Source of the DNA: an uncultured Gammaproteobacteria bacterium
GTDB lineage: Bacteria; Pseudomonadota; Gammaproteobacteria; UBA4575
NCBI GenBank assembly: GCA_951812785.1
Contig: OX638335.1
Coordinates: 1,443,653 to 1,507,652 of the forward strand
Reading direction: 5' to 3'
Length of the DNA: 64,000 nt
Of this stretch, positions 23,501 to 35,512 are shown piece after piece. Position numbers and translations under genes: made by a program. The notes beneath the pieces are model-generated. The model was given only the letters and a program-made list of their open reading frames with translations. It was not told where the DNA came from and ran no database searches. Position 1 is the stretch's first letter, and every line of letters starts with the position of its first letter.

Positions 23501-26500
23501 TGTACAGCAACTTTCTAAGCTGCCTGTGCGGCAGTAAACGGGCAACTTAGCAACACGTAACACAGTGCAAGTTTCTAAGCTGCCTGTGCGGCAGTAAACT
23601 GGCCAAGAATCGACAACCATCATCTTGATGTTTTCTAAGCTGCCTGTGCGGCAGTAAACAAACAGAAATCAATTTTGAGAAAAATCGCTGATTTCTAAGC
23701 TGCCTGTGCGGCAGTAAACCAAAATTGATGGGAAGTCTAGACCTTCTTGAATTTCTAAGCTGCCTGTGCGGCAGTAAACCGCCTTGTTTTGACATCATCC
23801 AATCGATGATATTTCTAAGCTGCCTGTGCGGCAGTAAACTACCCGGCTCACATCTTGGATCTTTTAGATCGTTTCTAAGCTGCCTGTGCGGCAGTAAACT
23901 CGGAAATACTCAACAAAATGAACAACTTACATTTCTAAGCTGCCTGTGCGGCAGTAAACAGCGAATGCTTCAGACCAGTCAGTATTCGGCTTTTCTAAGC
24001 TGCCTGTGCGGCAGTAAACTGATGCTGTGTTCAAACCCAGTTAGCAAGCATTTTCTAAGCTGCCTGTGCGGCAGTAAACTAAAATTCCCTGTTACTCCAA
24101 ATCCTTTGACTTTTCTAAGCTGCCTGTGCGGCAGTAAACGCATGGACACATAATCAGTCTTATGAGTGTTATTTCTAAGCTGCCTGTGCGGCAGTAAACA
24201 TGCTAGGTTACAACGACCAGAATATTTAGGCTTTCTAAGCTGCCTGTGCGGCAGTAAACCTCTTGCAATACGTTGATCGTCAGTTTCCACCTTTCTAAGC
24301 TGCCTGTGCGGCAGTAAACTGTAACTCTTCAATTTCGCATAATTGATTCATTTTCTAAGCTGCCTGTGCGGCAGTAAACTAAAATTCCCTGTTACTCCAA
24401 ATCCTTTGACTTTTCTAAGCTGCCTGTGCGGCAGTAAACTCTGTCTGATTCGATCAATCCCGAAATCCACATTTCTAAGCTGCCTGTGCGGCAGTAAACA
24501 TAGTCGTTTAGCGAGAGGAGCGATTTGGGGATTTCTAAGCTGCCTGTGCGGCAGTAAACCTAGATATGTGGGTCGCCAAGCTCTGCCATCTTTTCTAAGC
24601 TGCCTGTGCGGCAGTAAACTATCGCAATACAAACTACTCACTACGGATCTTTTTCTAAGCTGCCTGTGCGGCAGTAAACTGAAACTGCCTGTAACGCCAA
24701 AACCTTTGACGTTTCTAAGCTGCCTGTGCGGCAGTAAACAGCAATCGGCGGAGTAGTCTCGACAGTCCTTGTTTCTAAGCTGCCTGTGCGGCAGTAAACT
24801 TGATGTTGCAACTGGATCTGCATTTAATCACTTTCTAAGCTGCCTGTGCGGCAGTAAACGCGCTAACAAATAGCGCTGGGATTTTTTGATCGTTTCTAAG
24901 CTGCCTGTGCGGCAGTAAACTATGATTTAGATCTCACACATGCTGAAAGTATTTTCTAAGCTGCCTGTGCGGCAGTAAACGGCAAATGCGAGTGACCAGG
25001 ATGTGTTTGGTTTTTCTAAGCTGCCTGTGCGGCAGTAAACCGAGTGCTATCAGATCAAGTCGATAAAAATCATTTCTAAGCTGCCTGTGCGGCAGTAAAC
25101 AACCCTGGCTATCCTAACGTTTTCGCTCGTGCTTTCTAAGCTGCCTGTGCGGCAGTAAACTTTCCCTTTGTAATATGTCCAATGCCGCTTCGTTTCTAAG
25201 CTGCCTGTGCGGCAGTAAACATGAATATAGGAGAGCTCAATCATCAATTGCTTTTCTAAGCTGCCTGTGCGGCAGTAAACCAGTTAATGCACGGCCGCCA
25301 GCTTCAACGTAATTTCTAAGCTGCCTGTGCGGCAGTAAACAATCAATTTTGAGGAGTATTGCGCATGAACGCTTTCTAAGCTGCCTGTGCGGCAGTAAAC
25401 CAGATGATCCTGCATTAACGATCTACGCGTTATTTCTAAGCTGCCTGTGCGGCAGTAAACTGCCACCATCTTTTGACTTTAGATGCTGTGCGTTTCTAAG
25501 CTGCCTGTGCGGCAGTAAACGGCTTCTTCTCTGACAAATTGACTTGCCAGGGTTTCTAAGCTGCCTGTGCGGCAGTAAACAGTGAGCATGGTCATATAAT
25601 ATCACTCATGTCTTTCTAAGCTGCCTGTGCGGCAGTAAACGTGGTGCAGTGGCGGATGAGGTTGAGTAAGTATTTCTAAGCTGCCTGTGCGGCAGTAAAC
25701 AGCCCGGACAGTCCGGCCCATCTCCGACAACCTTTCTAAGCTGCCTGTGCGGCAGTAAACATTCTGCTCCTAAATAATATCTGATTTTTGTTTTTCTAAG
25801 CTGCCTGTGCGGCAGTAAACATGATCGATGCGCAGTTAGCAAGACTGCGCGCTTTCTAAGCTGCCTGTGCGGCAGTAAACTACATATAGGTGAAATCAAT
25901 TCACATTCCCTCTTTCTAAGCTGCCTGTGCGGCAGTAAACTGTCTCATGTTGTACTGCAAGATTTCTGGCGCTTTCTAAGCTGCCTGTGCGGCAGTAAAC
26001 TTCGTGCTCGTCGTCTTGTCAGCAAATCAACTTTTCTAAGCTGCCTGTGCGGCAGTAAACGTTGTTGATCGTCGCTCTTGGATGCGACGATCTTTCTAAG
26101 CTGCCTGTGCGGCAGTAAACGAAGGTCTTGCAATTGATATATGCACGCTCTCTTTCTAAGCTGCCTGTGCGGCAGTAAACGCAGCACTGCTACTGGTGCG
26201 AGATAACTAAGTTTTCTAAGCTGCCTGTGCGGCAGTAAACTTTTTATCTCAAGCGCCGATGCTGCGCGGGCATTTCTAAGCTGCCTGTGCGGCAGTAAAC
26301 TAAGCTGTAAGACGAGGAAATAATTATGTCATTTTCTAAGCTGCCTGTGCGGCAGTAAACGAATATTCCTTCGGAACGTGTCACCGCATTTATTTCTAAG
26401 CTGCCTGTGCGGCAGTAAACGTGCTGTGACAGCATTAACAATTAACAATAATTTTCTAAGCTGCCTGTGCGGCAGTAAACTTTTTATCTCAAGCGCCGAT

Positions 26501-29500
26501 GCTGCGCGGGCATTTCTAAGCTGCCTGTGCGGCAGTAAACTAAGCTGTAAGACGAGGAAATAATTATGTCATTTTCTAAGCTGCCTGTGCGGCAGTAAAC
26601 GAATATTCCTTCGGAACGTGTCACCGCATTTATTTCTAAGCTGCCTGTGCGGCAGTAAACGTGCTGTGACAGCATTAACAATTAACAATAATTTTCTAAG
26701 CTGCCTGTGCGGCAGTAAACTAAATTTAGCAATGAGAATTGCAGCACTTGTTTTTCTAAGCTGCCTGTGCGGCAGTAAACGACAATTTGTCGAGCAAGCG
26801 TATGAAGAAATCTTTCTAAGCTGCCTGTGCGGCAGTAAACTCATTGCGCCTGCAACTGCGATTGCAATTGCATTTCTAAGCTGCCTGTGCGGCAGTAAAC
26901 AGCAGCCAGAAATGTCAGGGATTGCGTTATTTTTTCTAAGCTGCCTGTGCGGCAGTAAACCAAATGGCAATGTTGGTAAAATGTTCGGTCATTTTCTAAG
27001 CTGCCTGTGCGGCAGTAAACTTTGAAAAACTCAGGTATTAAAGCAAAAAATTTTTCTAAGCTGCCTGTGCGGCAGTAAACCGATCGAGGCGGTGGTAGAG
27101 ATGAAACAGGAGTTTCTAAGCTGCCTGTGCGGCAGTAAACGGACTAATGAGACCAGCAGCTACTAATTCGCTTTTCTAAGCTGCCTGTGCGGCAGTAAAC
27201 TTGCAAAGTGGTTTACTGCTGCACAGTTAGACTTTCTAAGCTGCCTGTGCGGCAGTAAACATAACAACACAAGAAGTAATGAAATTAGTAGTTTTCTAAG
27301 CTGCCTGTGCGGCAGTAAACTTGAAGTCAAATTTACATTGATGCCGGAAAGCTTTCTAAGCTGCCTGTGCGGCAGTAAACTGAAATTTCCGGTAACGCCG
27401 AAGCCTTTGACGTTTCTAAGCTGCCTGTGCGGCAGTAAACATATAATTCTGACATTATTTTTTACCTCGTCTTTTCTAAGCTGCCTGTGCGGCAGTAAAC
27501 GCACGCTTTCAATTCATAAACAGACAATGCACTTTCTAAGCTGCCTGTGCGGCAGTAAACCAACAGACAGTCAGACAGTCGCAGATCAATATTTTCTAAG
27601 CTGCCTGTGCGGCAGTAAACGTACGTCTTTTTTACACAAACTATTATCAACGTTTCTAAGCTGCCTGTGCGGCAGTAAACTCGACTTCCATTGTTTGCAT
27701 TCGAATTTTGTCTTTCTAAGCTGCCTGTGCGGCAGTAAACGCCGAGCGGTAACGATACTGCCGGACCCCTCTTTTCTAAGCTGCCTGTGCGGCAGTAAAC
27801 ATAAAATTAATTACATGCGCAAACACTATAATTTTCTAAGCTGCCTGTGCGGCAGTAAACACACGCTTTCGATTCATAAACAGACAATGCATTTTCTAAG
27901 CTGCCTGTGCGGCAGTAAACATAAAATTAATTACATGCGCAAACACTATAATTTTCTAAGCTGCCTGTGCGGCAGTAAACTTTTTGGTTAGCACCAAGAG
28001 CCCGCGCACGCGTTTCTAAGCTGCCTGTGCGGCAGTAAACATGTTGTCATTGATGAAAATACACATGTTTTTTTTCTAAGCTGCCTGTGCGGCAGTAAAC
28101 AAACACTCGCGACTATCGCGGCTCCGCCAACATTTCTAAGCTGCCTGTGCGGCAGTAAACGAACAAAATTAGGTATCAAAGGCTTGCTAGAATTTCTAAG
28201 CTGCCTGTGCGGCAGTAAACTCGATTTTGATGTTGCGAAGTTGCCGCCTCTTTTTCTAAGCTGCCTGTGCGGCAGTAAACCTCCGACTGATGGCGGCATG
28301 CCAAGATAATCTTTTCTAAGCTGCCTGTGCGGCAGTAAACTGTCGCGATACTAGTGATTCTAGAACGTAGATTTTCTAAGCTGCCTGTGCGGCAGTAAAC
28401 TGTCGCGATACTAGTGATTCTAGAACGTAGATTTTCTAAGCTGCCTGTGCGGCAGTAAACAGGTAATCTTCCTGCATTATTGCCATGGATTCTTTCTAAG
28501 CTGCCTGTGCGGCAGTAAACGCAACTGGTACAAATAACCACAAATATTGAATTTTCTAAGCTGCCTGTGCGGCAGTAAACTGAAATTGGTGCAGGAGTTG
28601 GGCGAAGAGATGTTTCTAAGCTGCCTGTGCGGCAGTAAACGCAACTGGTACAAATAACCACAAATATTGAGTTTTCTAAGCTGCCTGTGCGGCAGTAAAC
28701 ATACTACAGATAACAAAAATTAATAAGCAACTTTTCTAAGCTGCCTGTGCGGCAGTAAACCGTGTGTTTTTTTGTTTTGTTGTGACTGATTTTTTCTAAG
28801 CTGCCTGTGCGGCAGTAAACGGAACTGCAGCATATCGGACAACAACCAATTCTTTCTAAGCTGCCTGTGCGGCAGTAAACCGGCACAACTGACAACGGAC
28901 TTGAGCTTGTGTTTTCTAAGCTGCCTGTGCGGCAGTAAACGCTTATTACCCTGGCCCGCGGGTAGATCTTCGTTTCTAAGCTGCCTGTGCGGCAGTAAAC
29001 TATCAAATGCAGAATCAGTATCGCCGCCGAGATTTCTAAGCTGCCTGTGCGGCAGTAAACATGTTGCGATTACTAATGTTGCATCGCAACAGTTTCTAAG
29101 CTGCCTGTGCGGCAGTAAACTGCTCTTCGTTCTCTGTCTTTTCGTTCTTCTGTTTCTAAGCTGCCTGTGCGGCAGTAAACTTTCTTGACGCATTTCTACA
29201 ACAGCTTCAACCTTTCTAAGCTGCCTGTGCGGCAGTAAACATGAAATTAGTGGTGGAATTAGGAGAAGAAATTTTCTAAGCTGCCTGTGCGGCAGTAAAC
29301 GCAATTAGTACAAATAACCACAGATATAACATTTTCTAAGCTGCCTGTGCGGCAGTAAACCAGGAAGGGATTTTTTTGACCAGCCCGTTGGCTTTCTAAG
29401 CTGCCTGTGCGGCAGTAAACTGAGTTGGGGAGCAATCGGCGGCGCTATAGGTTTTCTAAGCTGCCTGTGCGGCAGTAAACGTAACTTAGATTTTGTAGTT

Positions 29501-32500
29501 CAAAAACGAGGCTTTCTAAGCTGCCTGTGCGGCAGTAAACACACGCTTTCAGTACATAAACAAACGATGCACTTTCTAAGCTGCCTGTGCGGCAGTAAAC
29601 TTTTAGAAGGATGTGGATTATGTGTTTTAATCTTTCTAAGCTGCCTGTGCGGCAGTAAACGCACAAAATTAGGTATTGCTGGTCTATTAGAATTTCTAAG
29701 CTGCCTGTGCGGCAGTAAACTATTCGAGATTCAGGTGTTTCTTTTGACCTGATTTCTAAGCTGCCTGTGCGGCAGTAAACGACGCGCGTTAACTGCGCAA
29801 GAAGAATTGGTCTTTCTAAGCTGCCTGTGCGGCAGTAAACTTGTCATCGCGCTGCGCAAAGCGCGAGTGGTTTTTCTAAGCTGCCTGTGCGGCAGTAAAC
29901 GTCGTTCGAGTGCTTCAGCACCAGCAACACCCTTTCTAAGCTGCCTGTGCGGCAGTAAACACAATGTCAATAATCTCTGTACGACAATTAACTTTCTAAG
30001 CTGCCTGTGCGGCAGTAAACTGAAATTAGTGGTAGAATTAGGTGAAGAACTGTTTCTAAGCTGCCTGTGCGGCAGTAAACTCTGTCTGATTCGATCAATT
30101 CCGAAGTCCACATTTCTAAGCTGCCTGTGCGGCAGTAAACTCTGTCTGATTCGATCAATTCCGAAGTCCACATTTCTAAGCTGCCTGTGCGGCAGTAAAC
30201 TCTGTCTGATTCGATCAATTCCGAAGTCCACATTTCTAAGCTGCCTGTGCGGCAGTAAACACAGTGTGCATCTCATAACTAAGCAAGACACTTTTCTAAG
30301 CTGCCTGTGCGGCAGTAAACATAGTCGTTTAGCGAGAGGAGTAATTTGGGGATTTCTAAGCTGCCTGTGCGGCAGTAAACAGATGCTCAAAAATATGCAA
30401 CTTAGTAAGTTATTTCTAAGCTGCCTGTGCGGCAGTAAACGCGGTACTGCTGCTGTACGCGTGTAATCAACTTTTCTAAGCTGCCTGTGCGGCAGTAAAC
30501 ATTCAGCCTATCAACACATTACAACAGCAATCTTTCTAAGCTGCCTGTGCGGCAGTAAACGGACTTTACCGCGCGGACGAAAGCGATAGCGCCTTTCTAA
30601 GCTGCCTGTGCGGCAGTAAACTACCACAATGTGACCTTCATACTAACGGGGCATTTCTAAGCTGCCTGTGCGGCAGTAAACAAGATTTACATTAGCATTA
30701 CCAACGATCTGTTTTTCTAAGCTGCCTGTGCGGCAGTAAACCAAATGATCCTGTTACTCCGAAGCCCTTGACTTTTCTAAGCTGCCTGTGCGGCAGTAAA
30801 CGAAATCTAGATTTCGTAGTTCAAAGACGCGGATTTCTAAGCTGCCTGTGCGGCAGTAAACGTTACTGGTTAAGACTCTTTCAACAGATTGTTTTTCTAA
30901 GCTGCCTGTGCGGCAGTAAACGCCCCGAAAGTGGTCGATAACGACAAAAGTGCTTTCTAAGCTGCCTGTGCGGCAGTAAACGTCTATTACGTACCTAGAC
31001 TTGCCCCGAAAGTTTTCTAAGCTGCCTGTGCGGCAGTAAACTCAATACAAACAGAAAACGAATGAAACCAAAGTTTCTAAGCTGCCTGTGCGGCAGTAAA
31101 CGAATCTGCTTGGTTGCGTACGAGACGCGCTGATTTCTAAGCTGCCTGTGCGGCAGTAAACTCCCTGCGCGATTTCGTTGCCTGATTGATCCTTTTCTAA
31201 GCTGCCTGTGCGGCAGTAAACTAATGTTTGTCGTTTTGCTTGCGTCATACTGCTTTCTAAGCTGCCTGTGCGGCAGTAAACTCCGCGCAAAGATTTTCAC
31301 GTCGTGCCGCGCGTTTCTAAGCTGCCTGTGCGGCAGTAAACATTTTGAAAATGTCAAAAAAGGTGATTTGGGCTTTCTAAGCTGCCTGTGCGGCAGTAAA
31401 CCAATACCGCGCTCTGTATTCAAACTGGATCATTTTCTAAGCTGCCTGTGCGGCAGTAAACATAGCTAAACTTGGTAATGTAAATGAAGCTCATTTCTAA
31501 GCTGCCTGTGCGGCAGTAAACTTAGATGGTCAGTCGAAGACGCAAAAGCGGCTTTTCTAAGCTGCCTGTGCGGCAGTAAACGTGTCAGAATATATGGAAA
31601 AATTTGGCCGCTTTTTCTAAGCTGCCTGTGCGGCAGTAAACCTAGCAAGCCTTTAATACCTAACTTCGTCCGATTTCTAAGCTGCCTGTGCGGCAGTAAA
31701 CATATCACGAAGCAGCATTGGACATATTGGTAATTTCTAAGCTGCCTGTGCGGCAGTAAACTTTTAATGGCATTTAAAGATTCATTCTTGTCATTTCTAA
31801 GCTGCCTGTGCGGCAGTAAACACAATTAGTAAGAATAACCACAAATATAGAGTTTTCTAAGCTGCCTGTGCGGCAGTAAACTGGCAAGTCTATATGTAGA
31901 AGAAGAAGCGAAATTTCTAAGCTGCCTGTGCGGCAGTAAACTTAGTCAGTACAAACTACTTACGACCGATCTTTTTCTAAGCTGCCTGTGCGGCAGTAAA
32001 CATTACACAATCACGATTATGCAACTGTAGAGATTTCTAAGCTGCCTGTGCGGCAGTAAACTTTCTATAACAGCTTCAACTGAAGCAGTGTCATTTCTAA
32101 GCTGCCTGTGCGGCAGTAAACGCTATAGAACTAGAACAAGAAGAATTAGAATTTTTCTAAGCTGCCTGTGCGGCAGTAAACCAACTAGAGAGTGATACTT
32201 AAAAAATTAGGGTTTTCTAAGCTGCCTGTGCGGCAGTAAACTTTGTTATTGTCGCTTTCTGATGCGACTGGATTTTCTAAGCTGCCTGTGCGGCAGTAAA
32301 CATATCATCAATTATTTACAGTTAGGCACAGATTTTCTAAGCTGCCTGTGCGGCAGTAAACGTAACGAGACTGCTGGACCGCGCTGCGCCCAGTTTCTAA
32401 GCTGCCTGTGCGGCAGTAAACCATAGCACAGCACTAATACGGTGCACGCCGATTTTCTAAGCTGCCTGTGCGGCAGTAAACGAAATCTCGATTTCGTAGT

Positions 32501-34822
32501 TCAGAAGCGCGGCTTTCTAAGCTGCCTGTGCGGCAGTAAACTTGCAAAGTGGTTCACAGCAGCGCAGTTAGATTTTCTAAGCTGCCTGTGCGGCAGTAAA
32601 CAGCAACCGGAAATGTCAGGGATCGCGTTATTCTTTCTAAGCTGCCTGTGCGGCAGTAAACGAGTCGACAGCGCCAGATTTTGGTGCTGTCGATTTCTAA
32701 GCTGCCTGTGCGGCAGTAAACATGAAAGATTGGAAAGCAGCGGTACGAACCTTTTCTAAGCTGCCTGTGCGGCAGTAAACGGATTTCAAATCCCAGATAC
32801 GGCGGCAGTCGATTTCTAAGCTGCCTGTGCGGCAGTAAACCTATGATTATCGGATAAATTTTCATCATTATATTTCTAAGCTGCCTGTGCGGCAGTAAAC
32901 GGCATTTCAATGGGCTCGGAAGGCATGAAATATTTCTAAGCTGCCTGTGCGGCAGTAAACGTAACGAGACTGCTGGACCGCGCTGCGCCCAGTTTCTAAG
33001 CTGCCTGTGCGGCAGTAAACCATAGCACAGCACTAATACGGTGCACGCCGATTTTCTAAGCTGCCTGTGCGGCAGTAAACTGATGCCTGAGAGCGGGGCT
33101 GTTGTACCAAGTTTTCTAAGCTGCCTGTGCGGCAGTAAACACGTTCTCCCGCATACCCGTCAACTTCACCACTTTCTAAGCTGCCTGTGCGGCAGTAAAC
33201 TAAGAAAGAAGCAATGAGTGAGGCGGCTCGCCTTTCTAAGCTGCCTGTGCGGCAGTAAACTCGTGCCGATTAGTTGCACAGAAGTACTGCCTTTTCTAAG
33301 CTGCCTGTGCGGCAGTAAACAACTACTTAGATATGATAAGCGATTAGATAAATTTCTAAGCTGCCTGTGCGGCAGTAAACCCCGTCAAGTTATTATAACT
33401 GGTCCGCGCGGCTTTCTAAGCTGCCTGTGCGGCAGTAAACACTATGAGAGACAAAAAGAATTTGCGCAGAGCTTTTCTAAGCTGCCTGTGCGGCAGTAAA
33501 CGCCCGTCAAAACTTTGTGCAATATAAGGCATCTTTCTAAGCTGCCTGTGCGGCAGTAAACCGAAAAAAACAGATACACGTCTGTATTATATGTTTCTAA
33601 GCTGCCTGTGCGGCAGTAAACGTATCGTGCGCCGTATCTGGCGCGAGCCTCTTTTTCTAAGCTGCCTGTGCGGCAGTAAACTGAGCGCATGTTTACCGCC
33701 ACCTAAGTATTCTTTTCTAAGCTGCCTGTGCGGCAGTAAACGTGCAGTAGTGCCAAGCGGCAACGAAACTGCATTTCTAAGCTGCCTGTGCGGCAGTAAA
33801 CTGAGTGCGTGTTTGCCTCCGCCAAGGTACTCATTTCTAAGCTGCCTGTGCGGCAGTAAACCCAAAACTGGATGCATGAGCGGAGCAGCCATGTTTCTAA
33901 GCTGCCTGTGCGGCAGTAAACCAGTTAGTAAAAATGGTATGACATTCGGTTGCTTTCTAAGCTGCCTGTGCGGCAGTAAACACGCGGTCGAATGTCCAAG
34001 TATAGAGTCGCCATTTCTAAGCTGCCTGTGCGGCAGTAAACTTCTGCGTTTTGCCGCATCGATGACATCTGCGTTTCTAAGCTGCCTGTGCGGCAGTAAA
34101 CGCTTTGTTGAGCCTTTTTTTCGGCCAGCACCTTTTCTAAGCTGCCTGTGCGGCAGTAAACGGCTCTCAAATACGAGATAACACATCAATTGATTTCTAA
34201 GCTGCCTGTGCGGCAGTAAACCTAGCAACTTGCTTGCAAGTTGCTAGCCTAGAGTTTCTAAGCTGCCTGTGCGGCAGTAAACATGGCTAGTAATAAGATA
34301 CGAGCTCGTCGACTTTTCTAAGCTGCCTGTGCGGCAGTAAACCGGAGATAATTATGAGTTGGGGTAGTGCAATATTTCTAAGCTGCCTGTGCGGCAGTAA
34401 ACTGTGGATAGACGGCTATTTTTTAGCGACCGATTTTCTAAGCTGCCTGTGCGGCAGTAAACATGGTTTAGAGCAAGTTACAGATCGCGACTTATTTCTA
34501 AGCTGCCTGTGCGGCAGTAAACTCTGTCTGATTCGATCGATGCCAAAATCCACATTTCTAAGCTGCCTGTGCGGCAGTAAACTTAGCGAGAGGAGCAATT
34601 TGGGGCGGATTGGCTTTCTAAGCTGCCTGTGCGGCAGTAAACAAACGCAGAATGTCAGCGCGACAATACAAGCATTTCTAAGCTGCCTGTGCGGCAGTAA
34701 ACACCAGGGAGGATTGACCAAAAGATCGAGACAATTTCTAAGCTGCCTGTGCGGCAGTAAACCTTAAACACTACTATTATAGTGTTTGCGCATATTTCTA
34801 AGCTGCCTGTGCGGCAGTAAAC
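20575..34822 (-). CRISPR. type I-F CRISPR array, ~238 repeats and 237 spacers, transcribed right to left
   Basis: 28-nt repeat (minus-strand reading GTTTACTGCCGCACAGGCAGCTTAGAAA) on a strict 60-nt period with mostly 32-nt spacers. The distal repeat at 20575-20602 carries one substitution. The leader-proximal repeat ends at 34822, next to cas6f. Confidence 0.98.
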
Positions 34823-34952
34823 ACCAAGTATAATGCGCAAAAAAACAGCTACAACAAACACTTAACTCCAATCGATATAAAATATCAATGAAATCAAGGC
34901 TTGTTGTAACTCATTGATTTTATTGAGCGTTAAAGAACGGTAAAAATAAAGG
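34823..34952 (-). promoter_or_regulatory. CRISPR leader (AT-rich) between cas6f and the first repeat
   Basis: 130-bp AT-rich segment directly upstream of the leader-proximal repeat in array orientation. A TATACT -10-like box sits about 10 nt before the repeat. Confidence 0.6.
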
Positions 34953-35504
34953 TCAAAACCAGGGGACGGTGGCAATTTTGGATAATCCAAATAAGTCAAA
35001 TTTTCCCGTGATGGGCTGACTGGTTAAATCACTAAATTTAATGTAGCGCCTGTGTTTATGTTTGTTCGATCCACTGATGAGTTCGATATAGGGATTCTCT
35101 AATCCTTGGGTAAACATCTTTGCACGGTATTGTTTAACCTCTTCCTCTGTGATTGAACCACGTTTTATCAATCGATTCAGTTTGGCTTGGCTCATGTTGG
35201 CTTGCACTCGGCTAACGGTGCGGTATTGAACGTTATCCGGTACAGGTTGAATCGCTGACACCTGACAGTAACCGCTCATGCCGCCAACCCAGTTTTTATC
35301 CTGTAATTGAGTCAATGCAGTTTGTGTTCCATGTATGCGCAACTGATCGCCCAACGTCTTTTGATAGGCTGGAAAGCTCACGCCAATGTCGGTGCTGTTC
35401 AGGTCACACAGGGCTTTGTGGAATTTGGCGTACAACGAATCCATAAGTATCCTGGATCGGAATTCCGGGTCGGGTAATAACGTGATATTCAAGTAGTTAT
35501 CCAT
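34953..35504 (-). CDS. cas6f: Cas6f (Csy4) crRNA endoribonuclease
   Basis: 183 aa; MDNYLNITLLPDPEF...GLSKIATVPWF matches the Cas6f N- and C-terminal signatures. Last gene of the operon, next to the leader. Confidence 0.93.
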   Translation of the reverse strand: MDNYLNITLLPDPEFRSRILMDSLYAKFHKALCDLNSTDIGVSFPAYQKTLGDQLRIHGTQTALTQLQDKNWVGGMSGYCQVSAIQPVPDNVQYRTVSRVQANMSQAKLNRLIKRGSITEEEVKQYRAKMFTQGLENPYIELISGSNKHKHRRYIKFSDLTSQPITGKFDLFGLSKIATVPWF

Positions 35505-35512
35505 ATATCTAC

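Noticed and set aside
34201-34233. Perfectly palindromic spacer ctagcaacttgcttgcaagttgctag...
   Set aside because: It is on the normal 60-nt period between canonical repeats, so it is just a spacer taken from a palindromic protospacer, not a structural element of the array.
21467-34861. Dozens of long ORFs on both strands inside 20.5-34.9 kb, recurring as FLSCLCGSK, LLPHRQLRK/N and VYCRTGSLE peptides (for example 21467-22258 and 29731-30390)
   Set aside because: They are translations of the 28-nt CRISPR repeat in different frames. The repeat happens to lack stop codons, so the 60-nt periodicity creates long artefactual ORFs. None is a gene.
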